From positions 92,444,001-92,508,000 of the forward strand of contig NC_086097.1 in NCBI RefSeq assembly GCF_963921235.1: a stretch of 64,000 bases of DNA, written 5' to 3'. Under the pieces are notes generated by a model. The model ran no database searches and was not told where the DNA came from. It was given only the letters and a program-made list of their open reading frames with translations. Source of the stretch: Mobula hypostoma. Taxonomy: Eukaryota. The position numbers were made by a program, and so were the translations under genes. Below are positions 48,901 to 60,900 of the stretch, one piece after another (position 1 is the stretch's first letter; each line of letters opens with the position of its first letter).

Positions 48901-51900
48901 CTAGTCAACTCCTCTAGTCTGAGTCAACTCCTCCAGTCCGAGTCAACTCCTTCAGTCCGAGTCAACTCCTCCTGCCCCAGAGGCAACTCCTCCAGCCCCA
49001 GAGGCAACACCTCCGGTCCCAGAGTCAACTCCTCCAGTCTGAGTCAACTCCTCCAGTCCAAGAATCAACTCCTCCAGACCGAGTCAACTCCACCAGTCGC
49101 AGAGTCAACTCCTCCAGCACGAGTCAACCCCTCCAGCCCCAGAGGCAACTCCTCCGATCCCAGAGTAAACTCCTCCAGCCCCAGAGACAACTCCTCCAGT
49201 CCGAGTCAACGCCTTCAGTCCAAGAGTCAACTCCTCCAGTCCCAGAGTCATCTCCCACTGTCCGAGTCAACTCCTTCAGTCAGAGTCAAATCCTCCCGTC
49301 CCAGAGTCAACTCCTCCATTCCGAGTCAACTCCTCCAGTCCGAGTCAACTCCACCAGTCCAAGAGTCAACTCCACCAGTCCAAGAGTCAACTCAGCCTGT
49401 CCCAGAGTCAACTCCTCCAGTCCAAGTCAACTCCTCCATTCCGAGTCAACTCCTCCAGTCCGAGTCAACTCCTCCAGACCCAGAGTCAACTCCTCCAGTC
49501 CGAGTCAACTCCTCAAGTCCGAGTCAACTCCTCCAGTCCCAGAGTCAACTACCCCTGTCCGAGTCAACTACCCCTGTCCGAGTCAACTCCTTCAGTCCGA
49601 GTCAACTCCTCCAAACCCAGAGGCAAATCCTCCTGTCCCAGAGTCAACTCCTGCAGACCGAGGCAACTCCTCCTGTTCAGAGTCAACTTCTCCAGTCCGA
49701 GTCAAGTCCTCCAGTTCCAGAGTCAACTCCTCCGATCCCAGAGTAAACTCCTCCAGCCCCAGAGACAACTCCTCCAGTCCGAGTCAACGCCTTCAGTCCA
49801 AGAGTCAACTCCTCCAGTCCCAGAGTCATCTCCCACTGTCCGAGTCAACTCCTTCAGTCAGAGTCAAATCCTCCCGTCCCAGAGTCAACTCCTCCAGTCC
49901 GAGTCAACTCCTCCAGTCCGAGTCAACTCCACCAGTCCAAGAGTCAACTCCACCAGTCCAAGAGTCAACTCAGCCTGTCCCAGAATCAACTTCTCCAGTC
50001 CAAGTCAACTCCTCCATTCCGAGTCAACTCCTCCAGTCCGTGTCAACTCCTCCAGACCCAGAGTCAACTCCTCCAGACCGAGTCAATCCTGAAGTCCGAG
50101 GCAACTACTCCAGTCCGAGTCAACTACCCCTGTCCGAGTCAACTCCTTCAGTCCGAGTCAACTCACCCTGCCCGAGTCAACTCCTTCAGTCCGATCAACT
50201 CCTCCAGACCCAGAGTCAACTCCTCCAGTCCAAGTAAACTCCTCCAGTCCAAGAGTCAACTCCTCCAGTCCGAGTGAACTCCTCCAGTCCCAGAATCAAC
50301 TCCTCCAGTCCGAATCAACTCCTCCTGTCCGAGTCAACTCCTCCAGTCCCAGAGGCAACTCCCCCTGTCCAAGTCAACTCCTCCAGTCCCAGAGTCAACT
50401 CCTCCAGTCCCAGAGTCAAATCCTCCAGCCCCAGAGGCAACTCCTCCGGTCCCAGAGTCAACTCCTCCAGTCCAGAGTCAACTCCCCCTTTCTGAGTCAA
50501 CTCCTTCAGTCCGTCTCAACTCCTCCAGCTCCAGAGGCAACTCCTCCAGTCCCAGAGTCAACTCCTCCAGACTGAGTCAACTCCTCCAGTCCGAGTCAAC
50601 TCCTCCAGTCCAGAGTCAACTCCCCCTTTCTGAGTCAACTCCTCCAGTCTGAGTCAACTCCTCCAGTCCGAGTCAACTCCATCATTCTGAGTCAATTCCT
50701 CCTGACCCAGAGTCAACTTCTCCAGTCCGAGTCAACTCCTCCATTCCGAGTCAACTCCATCATTCTGAGTCAATTCCTCCTGACCCAGAGTCAACTTCTC
50801 CAGTCCGAGTCAACTCCTCCAGTCTGAGTCAACTCCTCCAGTCCAAGAATCAACTCCTCCAGACCGAGTCAACTCCACCAGTCGCAGAGTCAACTCCTCC
50901 AGCACGAGTCAACCCCTCCAGCCCCAGAGGCAACTCCTCCGATCCCAGAGTAAACTCCTCCAGCCCCAGAGACAACTCCTCCAGTCCGAGTCAACGCCTT
51001 CAGTCCAAGAGTCAACTCCTCCAGTCCCAGAGTCATCTCCCACTGTCCGAGTCAACTCCTTCAGTCAGAGTCAAATCCTCCCGTCCCAGAGTCAACTCCT
51101 CCATTCCGAGTCAACTCCTCCAGTCCGAGTCAACTCCACCAGTCCAAGAGTCAACTCCACCAGTCCAAGAGTCAACTCAGCCTGTCCCAGAGTCAACTTC
51201 TCCAGTCCAAGTCAACTCCTCCATTCCGAGTCAACTCCTCCATTCCGAGTCAACTCCTCCAGTCCGAGTCAACTCCTCCAGACCCAGAGTCAACTCCTCC
51301 AGACCGAGTCAATCCTCAAGTCCGAGTCAACTACTCCAGTCCGAGTCAACTACCCCTGTCCGAGTCAACTACCCCTGTCCGAGTCAACTCCTTCAGTCCG
51401 AGTCAACTCCTCCAAACCCAGAGGCAACTCCTCCTGTCCCAGAGTCAACTCCTGCAGACCGAGGCAACTCCTCCTGTTCAGAGTCAACTTCTCCAGTCCG
51501 AGTCAAGTCCTCCAGTTCCAGAGTCAACTCCTCCGATCCCAGAGTAAACTCCTCCAGCCCCAGAGACAACTCCTCCAGTCCGAGTCAACGCCTTCAGTCC
51601 AAGAGTCAACTCCTCCAGTCCCAGAGTCATCTCCCACTGTCCGAGTCAACTCCTTCAGTCAGAGTCAAATCCTCCCGTCCCAGAGTCAACTCCTCCAGTC
51701 CGAGTCAACTCCTCCAGTCCGAGTCAACTCCACCAGTCCAAGAGTCAACTCAGCCTGTCCCAGAGTCAACTTCTCCAGTCCAAGTCAACTCCTCCATTCC
51801 GAGTCAACTCCTCCAGTCCGTGTCAACTCCTCCAGACCAAGAGTCAACTCCTCCAGACCGAGTCAATCCTCAAGTCCGAGTCAACTACTCCAGTCCGAGT

Positions 51901-54900
51901 CAACTACCCCTATCCGAGTCAACTACCCCTGTCCGAGTCAACTCCTTCAGTCCGAGTCAACTCCTCCAACCCCAGAGGCAAATCCTCCGGTCCCAGAGTC
52001 AACTCCTGCAGACCGAGGAAACTCCTCCTGTTCAGAGTCAACTTCTCCAGTCCGAGTCAACTCCTCCAGTCCCAGAGTCAAATCCTCCAGTCTGAGTTAA
52101 CTGCTCCATTCCGAGTCAAATCCTCCAGTCCGAGTCAACTCCTCCAGACCCAGAGTCAGCTCCTCCAGTCCAAGTCAACTCTTCAAGTCCGAGTCAAATC
52201 CTCCAGTCCGAGTCAACTCCCCCTGTCCAAGTCAACTCCCCCGGTCCGAGTCAACTCCTTCAACCGAGTCAACTCCTTCAACCGAGTCAACTCCTCCAGT
52301 CCCAGAGTCAACATCTCCAGTCCCAGAGTCAACTCCTCCAGACCAAGAGTCAACTCCTCTAGTCCGAGACAACTTCTCCAGTCCGAGTCAATTCCTCCAG
52401 TCCGAGTCAAATCCTCCAGTCCAAGAGTCAACACCGCCAGTCCCAGAGTCAACTTCTCCAGTCCGAGTCAACTCCTCCAGTCCGAGTCAACTCCTCCAGT
52501 CCCAGAGGCAACTCCCCCTGACCAAGTCAACTCCTCCAGTCCCAGAGTCAACTCCTCCAGTATGAGTCAACTCCTCCAGCCCCAGAGGCAACTCCTCCGG
52601 TACCAGAGTGAACTCCTCCAGCCCCAGAGGCAACTCCTCTGGTCCCAGTGTCAACTCCTCCAGACCCAGTCAACTCCTACAGTCCAGAGTCAACTTCTCC
52701 AGACCCAGAGTCAACTCCTGCATTCCGAGTCAACTCCTTCAGTCCAAGAGTCAACTCCTCCAGTCCCAGAGTCAACTCCCACAATTTGAGTCAACTCCTT
52801 CAGTCAGATTCAAATCCTCCAGTCCCACAGTCAACTTCTCCAGTCCAAGTCAATTCCTCCAGTTCCACAGTAAACTCCTCCAGTCCGAGTCAACTCCTCC
52901 AGTCCCAGAGTCAACTCCTCCAGTCCAGAGTCAACTCCCCCTTTCTGAGTCAACTTCTTCAGTCCGAGTCAACTCCTCCAGCTCCAGAGGCAACTCCTCC
53001 GGTCCCAGAGTCAACTCCTCCAGTCTGAGTCAACTCCTCCAGTCCAAGAATCAACTCCTCCAGACCGAGTCAACTCCACCAGTCCCAGAGTCAACTCCTC
53101 CAGCACGAGTCAACCACTCCAGCCCCAGAGGCAACTCCTCCGATCCCAGAGTAAACTCCTCCAGCCCCAGAGTCAACTCCTCCAGTCCGAGTCAACGCCT
53201 TCAGTCCAAGAGTCAACTCCTCCAGTCCCAGAGTCAACTCCCACTGTCCGAGTCAACTCCTTCAGTCAGAGTCAAATCCTCCAGTCCCAGAGTCAACTCC
53301 TCCATTCCGAGTCAACTCCTCCAGTCCGAGTCAACTCCTCCAGTCCAAGAGTCAACTCCACCAGTCCAAGAGTCAACTGCTCCAGTCCCAGAGTCAACTC
53401 CTCCAGTCCAGAGTCAACTCCTCCATTCCGAGTCAACTCCTCCAGTCCGAGTCAACTCCTCCAGACCCAGAGTCAACTCCTCCAGACCGAGTCAACTCCT
53501 CCAGTCCGAGTCAACTACTCCAGTCCGAGTCAACTACCCCTGTCCGAGTCAACTACCCCTGTCCGAGTCAACTCCTTCAGTCCGAGTCAACTCCTTCAAA
53601 CCCAGAGGCAAATCCTCCTGTCCCAGAGTCAACTCCTGCAGACCGAGGCAACTCCTCCTGTTCAGAGTCAACTTCTCCAGTCCGAGTCAAATCCTCCAGC
53701 CCCAGAGACAACTCCTCCGGTCCCAGAGTCAACTCCTCCAGACCGAGTCAACTCCACCAGACGCAGAGTCAACTCCTCCAGACCGAGTCAACTCACCCTG
53801 CCCGAGTCAACTCCTTCAGTCCGATCAACTCCTCCAGTCCCAGAATCAACTCCTCCAGTCCGAGTCAACTCCTCCAGTCCAAGAGTCAACTCCTCCAGTC
53901 CGAGTCAACTCCTCCAGTCCCAGAATCAACTCCTCCAGTCCGAATCAACTCCTCCTGTCCGAGTCAACTCCTCCAGTCCCAGAGACAACTCCCCCTGTCC
54001 AAGTCAACTCCTCCAGTCCCAGAGTCAACTCCTCCAGTCCCAGAGTCAAATCCTCCAGCCCCAGAGGCAACTCCTCCGGTCCCAGAGTCAACTCCTCCAG
54101 CTCCAGAGGCAACTCCTCCAGTCCCAGAGTCAACTCCTCCAGACTGAGTCAACTCCTCCTGTCCTAGTCAACTCCTCCAGTCTGAGTCAACTCCTCCAGT
54201 CCGAGTCAACTCCATCATTCTGAGTCAATTCCTCCTGACCCAGAGTCAACTTCTCCAGTCCGAGTCAACTCCTCCAGTCCGAGTCAACTCCATCATTCTG
54301 AGTCAATTCCTCCTGACCCAGAGTCAACTTCTCCAGTCCGAGTCAACTCCTCCAGTCCAGAGTCAACTTCTCCAGTCCAGAGTCAACTTCTCCAGTACGA
54401 GACAAGTCCTCCAGTCCCAGAGTCAACTCCTCTAGACTCAGAGTAAACACCTCCAGTCCGAGTCAACTCATCCATTCCAAGAGTCAACTCAGCCAGTCCC
54501 AGAGTCAACTGCTCCAGTCCCAGAGTCAACTCCTCCAGTCCCAGAGTCAACTATTCCAGCCCCAAAGGCAACTCCTCCAGTCCCAGAGTCAACTCCTCCA
54601 GTCCGAGTAAACTCCTCCAGTCCAAGAGTCAACTCCTGCAGTCCGAGTGAACTCCTCCAGTCCCAGAATCAACTCCTCCAGTCCGAATCAACTCCTCCTG
54701 TCCGAGTCAACTCCTCCAGTCCCAGAGGCAACTCCCCCTGTCCAAGTCAACTCCTCCAGTCCCAGAGTCAACTCCTCCAGTCCCAGAGTCAAATCCTCCA
54801 GCCCCAGAGGCAACTCCTCCGGTCCCAGAGTCAACTCCTCCAGTCCAGAGTCAACTCCTCCAGTCCAGAGTCAACTCCCCCTTTCTGAGTCAACTCCTTC

Positions 54901-57900
54901 AGTCCGTGTCAACTCCTCCAGCTCCAGAGGCAACTCCTCCAGTCCCAGAGTCAACTCCTCCAGACTGAGTCAACTCCTCCTGTCCGAGTCAACTCCTCCA
55001 GTCCGAGTCAACTCCTCCAGTCCGAGTCAACTCCATCATTCTGAGTCAATTCCTCCTGACCCAGAGTCAACTCCTCCAGTCCGAGTCAACTCCTCCAGTC
55101 CCAGAGTCAACTCCTCCAGTCCAGAGTCAACTTCTCCAGTCCGAGTCAAGTCCTCCAGTCCCAGAGTCAACTCCTCTAGACGCAGAGTAAACACCTCCAG
55201 TCCGAGTCAACTCCTCCAGTCCCTGAGTCAACTCCTCCAGTCCAGAGTCAACTCCCCCTTTCTGAGTCAACTCCTCCAGCACGAGTCAACCACTCCAGCC
55301 CCAGAGGCAACTCCTCCGATCCCAGAGTAAACTCCTCCAGCCCCAGAGACAACTCCTCCAGTCCGAGTCAACGCCTTCAGTCCAAGAGTCAACTCCTCCA
55401 GTCCCAGAGTCATCTCCCACTGTCCGAGTCAACTCCTCCAGTCCGAGTCAACTCCTCCAGACCCAGAGTCAACTCCTCCAGACCGAGTCAATCCTCAAGT
55501 CCGAGTCAACTTCTCCAGTCCGAGTCAACTACCCCTGTCCGAGTCAACTACCCCTGTCCGAGTCAACTCCTTCAGTCCGAGTCAACTCCTCCAAACCCAG
55601 ATGCAAATCCTCCTGTCCCAGAGTCAACTCCTGCAGACCGAGGCAACTCCTCCTGTTCAGAGTCAACTTCTCCAGTCCGAATCAACTCCTCCAGCCACAG
55701 AGGCAACTCCTCCGGTCCCCGAGTCAACTCCTCCAGACCGAGTCAACTCCTCCAGTCCCAGAGTCAACTCCTCCAGTCCGAGTCAACTCACCCTGCCCGA
55801 GTCAACTCCTTCAGTCCTATCAACTCCTCCAGTCCCAGAGTCAACTCCTCCAGTCCGAGTAAACTCCTCCAGTCCAAGAGACAACTCCTCCAGTCCGAGT
55901 GAACTCCTCCAGTCCCAGAATCAACTCCTCCAGTCCGAATCAACTCCTCCTGTCCGAGTCAACTCCTCCAGTCCCAGATACAACTCCCCCTGTCCAAGTC
56001 AACTCCTCCAGTCCCAGAGTGAACTCCTCCAGTCCCAGAGTCAAATCCTCCAGCCCCAGAGGCAACTCCTCCGGTCCCAGAGTCAACTCCTCCAGTCCAG
56101 AGTCAACTCCTCCAGTCCAGAGTCAACTCCCCCTTTCTGAGTGAACTCCTTCAGTCCGTGTCAACTCCTCCAGCTCCAGAGGCAACTCCTCCAGTCCCAG
56201 AGTCAACTCCTCCAGACTGAGTCAACTCCTCCTGTCCTAGTCAACTCCTCCAGTCTGAGTCAACTCCTCCAGTCCGAGTCAACTCCATCATTCTGAGTCA
56301 ATTCCTCCTGACCCAGAGTCAACTTCTCCAGTCCGAGTCAACTCCTCCAGTCCGAGTCAACTCCTCCAGTCCGAGTCAACTCCATCATTCTGAGTCAATT
56401 CCTCCTGACCCAGAGTCAACTTCTCCAGTCCGAGTCAACTCCTCCAGTCCAGAGTCAACTTCTCCAGTCCAGAGTCAACTTCTCCAGTACGAGTCAAGTC
56501 CTCCAGTCCCAGAGTCAACTCCTCTAGACTCAGAGTAAACACCTCCAGTCCGAGTCAACTCATCCATTCCAAGAGTCAACTCCTCCAGTCCCAGAGTCAA
56601 CTCCTCCAGTCCCAGAGTCAACTCCTCCAGTCCCAGAGTCAACTATTCCAGCCCCAAAGGCAACTCCTCCAGTCCCAGAGTCAACTCCTCCAGTCCGAGT
56701 AAACTCCTCCAGTCCAAGAGTCAACTCCTCCAGTCCGAGTGAACTCCTCCAGTCCCAGAATCAACTCCTCCAGTCCGAGTCAACTCCTCCTGTCCGAGTC
56801 AACTCCTCCAGTCCCAGAGGCAACTCCCCCTGTCCAAGTCAACTCCTCCAGTCCCAGAGTCAACTCCTCCAGTCCCAGAGTCAAATCCTCCAGCCCCAGA
56901 GGCAACTCCTCCGGTCCCAGAGTCAACTCCTCCAGTCCAGAGTCAACTCCTCCAGTCCAGAGTCAACTCCCCCTTTCTGAGTCAACTCCTTCAGTCCGTG
57001 TCAACTCCTCCAGCTCCAGAGGCAACTCCTCCAGTCCCAGAGTCAACTCCTCCAGACTGAGTCAACTCCTCCTGTCCGAGTCAACTCCTCCAGTCCGAGT
57101 CAACTCCTCCAGTCCGAGTCAACTCCATCATTCTGAGTCAATTCCTCCTGACCCAGAGTCAACTTCTCCAGTCCGAGTCAACTCCTCCAGTCCAGAGTCA
57201 ACTTCTCCAGTCCAGAGTCAACTTCTCCAGTCCGAGTCAAGTCCTCCAGTCCCAGAGTCAACTCCTCTAGACCCAGAGTAAACACCTCCAGTCCGAGTCA
57301 ACTCATCCATTCCAAGAGTCAACTCCTCCAGTCCCAGAGTCAACTCCTCCAGTCCCAGAGTCAACTATTCCAGCCCCAAAGGCAACTCCTCAGGTCCCAG
57401 AGTCAACTCCTCCAGACCGAGTCAACTCCTCCATTCCGAGTGAACTCCTCCAGTCCGAGTCAACTCCTCCAGTCCGAGTCAACTCCTCCAGCCCCAGAGG
57501 CAACTCCTCCAGCCCCAGAGGCAACTCCTCCGGTCCCAGAGTCAACTCCTCCAGTCTGAGTCAACTCCTCCAGTCCAAGAATCAACTCCTCCAGACCGAG
57601 TCAACTCCACCAGTCGCAGAGTCAACTCCTCCAGCACGAGTCAACCCCTCCAGCCCCAGAGGCAACTCCTCCGGTCCCAGAGTAAACTCCTCCAGCCCCA
57701 GAGACAACTCCTCCAGTCCGAGTCAACGCCTTCAGTCCAAGAGTCAACTCCTCCAGTCCCAGAGTCAACTCCCACTGTCCGAGTCAACTCCTTCAGTCAG
57801 AGTCAAATCCTCCAGTCCCAGAGTCAACTCCTCCATTCCGAGTCAACTCCTCCAGTCCGAGTCAACTCCACCAGTCCAAGAGTCAACTCCACCAGTCCAA

Positions 57901-60900
57901 GAGTCAACTCAGCCTGTCCCAGAGTCAACTTCTCCAGTCCAAGTCAACTCCTCCATTCCGAGTCAACTCCTCCAGTCCGAGTCAAATCCTCCAGACCCAG
58001 AGTCAACTCCTCCAGACCGAGTCAATCCTCAAGTCCGAGTCAACTACTCCAGTCCGAGTCAACTACCCCTGTCCGAGTCAACTACCCCTGTCTGAGTCAA
58101 CTCCTTCAGTCCGAGTCAACTCCTCCAACCCCAGAGGCAAATCCTCCGGTCCCAGAGTCAACTCCTGCAGACCGAGGCAACTCCTCCTGTTCAGAGGCAA
58201 CTTCTCCAGTCCGAGTCAACTCCTCTAGTCCCAGAGTCAACTCCTCCAGTCCGCGTTAAATCCTCCAGTCCCAGAGTCAACTCCTCCAGTCCCAGAGTCA
58301 ACTCCTCCAGTCTGAGTCAACTGCTCCATTCCGAGTCAAATCCTCCAGTCCGAGTCAACTCCTCCAGACCCAGAGTCAGCTCCTCCAGTCCGAGTCAACT
58401 CTTCAAGTCCGAGTCAACTCCTCCAGTCCGAGTCAACTCCCCCTGTCCGAGTCAACTCCCCCGGTCCGAGTCAACTCCTTCAACCGAGTCAACTCCTTCA
58501 ACCGAGTCAACTCCTCCAGTCCCAGAGTCAACATCTCCAGTCCCAGAGTCAACTCCTCCAGACCAAGAGTCAACTCCTCTAGTCCGAGTCAACTCCTCCA
58601 GTCCGAGTCAACTCCTCCAGTCCGAGTCAAATCCTCCAGTCCAAGAGTCAACACCGCCAGTCCCAGAGTCAACTTCTCCAGTCCGAGTCAACTCCTCCAG
58701 TCCGAGTCAACTCCTCCAGTCCCAGAGGCAACTCCCCCTGACCAAGTCAACTCCTCCAGTCCCAGAGTCAACTCCTCCAGTATGAGTCAACTCCTCCAGC
58801 CCCAGAGGCAACTCCTCCGGTACCAGAGTCAACTCCTCCAGCCCCAGAGGCAACTCCTCCGGTCCCAGTGTCAACTCCTCCAGACCGAGTCAACTCCTAC
58901 AGTCCAGACTCAACTTCTCCAGACCCAGAGTCAACTCCTGCAGTCCGAGTCAACTCCTTCAGTCCAAGAGTCAACTCCTCCAGTCCCAGAGTCAACTCCC
59001 ACAATTCGAGTCAACTCCTTCAGTCAGATTCAAATCCTCCAGTCCCACAGTCAACTTCTCCAGTCCAAGTCAATTCCTCCAGTTCCACAGTAAACTCCTC
59101 CAGTCCGAGTCAACTCCTCCAGTCCCAGAGTCAACTCCTCCAGTCCAGAGTCAACTCCCCCTTTCTGAGTCAATTTCATCAGTCCGAGTCAACTCCTCCA
59201 GCTCCAGAGGCAACTCCTCCGGTCCCAGAGTCAACTCCTCCAGTCTGAGTCAACTCCTCCAGTCCAAGAATCAACTCCTCCAGTCCGAGTCAACTCCTCC
59301 AGTCCCAGAGTCAACTCCTCCAGCACGAATCAACCACTCCAGCACCGGAGGCAACTCCTCCGATCCCAGAGTAAACTCCTCCAGAGTCCCAGTCCCAGAG
59401 TCATCACTCCCACTGTCCGAGTCAACTCCTTCAGTCAGAGTCAAATCCTCCAGTCCCAGAGTCAACTCCTCCATTCCGAGTAAACTCCTCCAGTCCCAGA
59501 GTCAACTCCTCCAGTCCGAGTCAACTCCTCCAGCCCCAGAGTCAACTCCTCCGGTCCCAGAGTCAACTCCTCCAGTCCCAGAGTCAACTCCTCCAGTCCG
59601 AGTCAACGCCTTCAGTCCAAGAGTCAACTCCTCCAGTCCCAGAGTCAACTCCCACTGTCCGAGTCAACTCCTTCAGTCAGAGTCAAATCCTCCCGTCCCA
59701 GAGTCAACTCCTCCATTCCGAGTCAACTCCTCCAGTCCGAGTCAACTCCTCCAGTCCAAGAGTCAACTCCTCCAGTCCAAGAATCAACTCCACCAGTCCC
59801 AGAGTCAACTTCTCCAGTCCAAGTCAACTCCTCCATTCCGAGTCAACTCCTCCAGTCCGAGTCAACTCCTCCAGACCCAGAGTCAACTCCTCCAGACCGA
59901 GTCAATCCTCAAGTCCGAGTCAACTTCTCCAGTCCGAGTCAACTACCCCTGTCCGAGTCAACTACCCCTGTCCGAGTCAACTCCTTCAGTCCGAGTCAAC
60001 TCCTCCAAACCCAGAGGCAAATCCTCCTGTCCCAGAGTCAACTCCTGCAGACCGAGGCAACTCCTCCTGTTCAGAGTCAACTTCTCCAGTCCGAATCAAC
60101 TCCTCCAGCCACAGAGGCAACTCCTCCGGTCCCCGAGTCAACTCCTCCAGACCGAGTCAACTCCTCCAGTCCCAGAGTCAACTCCTCCAGTCCGAGTCAA
60201 CTCCTCCAGTCCAAGAGTCAACTCCTCCAGTCCGAGTCAACTCCTCCAGTCCCAGAGGCAACTCCCCCTGTCCAAGTCAACTCCTCCAGTCCCAGAGTCA
60301 ACTCCTCCAGTCCCAGAGTCAAATCCTCCAGCCCCAGAGGCAACTCCTCCGGTCCCAGAGTCAACTCCTCCAGTCCAGAGTCAACTCCCCCTTTCTGAGT
60401 CAACTCCTCCAGTCTGAGTCAACTCCTCCAGTCCGAGTCAACTCCATCATTCTGAGTCAATTCCTCCTGACCCAGAGTCAACTTCTCCAGTCCGAGTCAA
60501 CTCCTCCAGTCCGAGTCAACTCCTCCAGTCCAAGTCAACTCCATCATTCTGAGTCAATTCCTCCTGACCCAGAGTCAACTTCTCCAGTCCGAGTCAACTC
60601 CTCCAGTCCAGAGTCAACTTCTCCAGTCCAGAGTCAACTTCTCCAGTACGAGTCAAGTCCTCCAGTCCCAGAGTCAACTCCTCTAGACTCAGAGTAAACA
60701 CCTCCAGTCCGAGTCAACTCATCCATTCCAAGAGTCAACTCAGCCAGTCCCAGAGTCAACTCCTCCAGTCCCAGAGTCAACTCCTCCAGTCCCAGAGTCA
60801 ACTATTCCAGCCCCAAAGGCAACTCCTCCAGTCCCAGAGTCAACTCCTCCAGTCCGAGTAAACTCCTCCAGTCCAAGAGTCAACTCCTCCAGTCCGAGTC

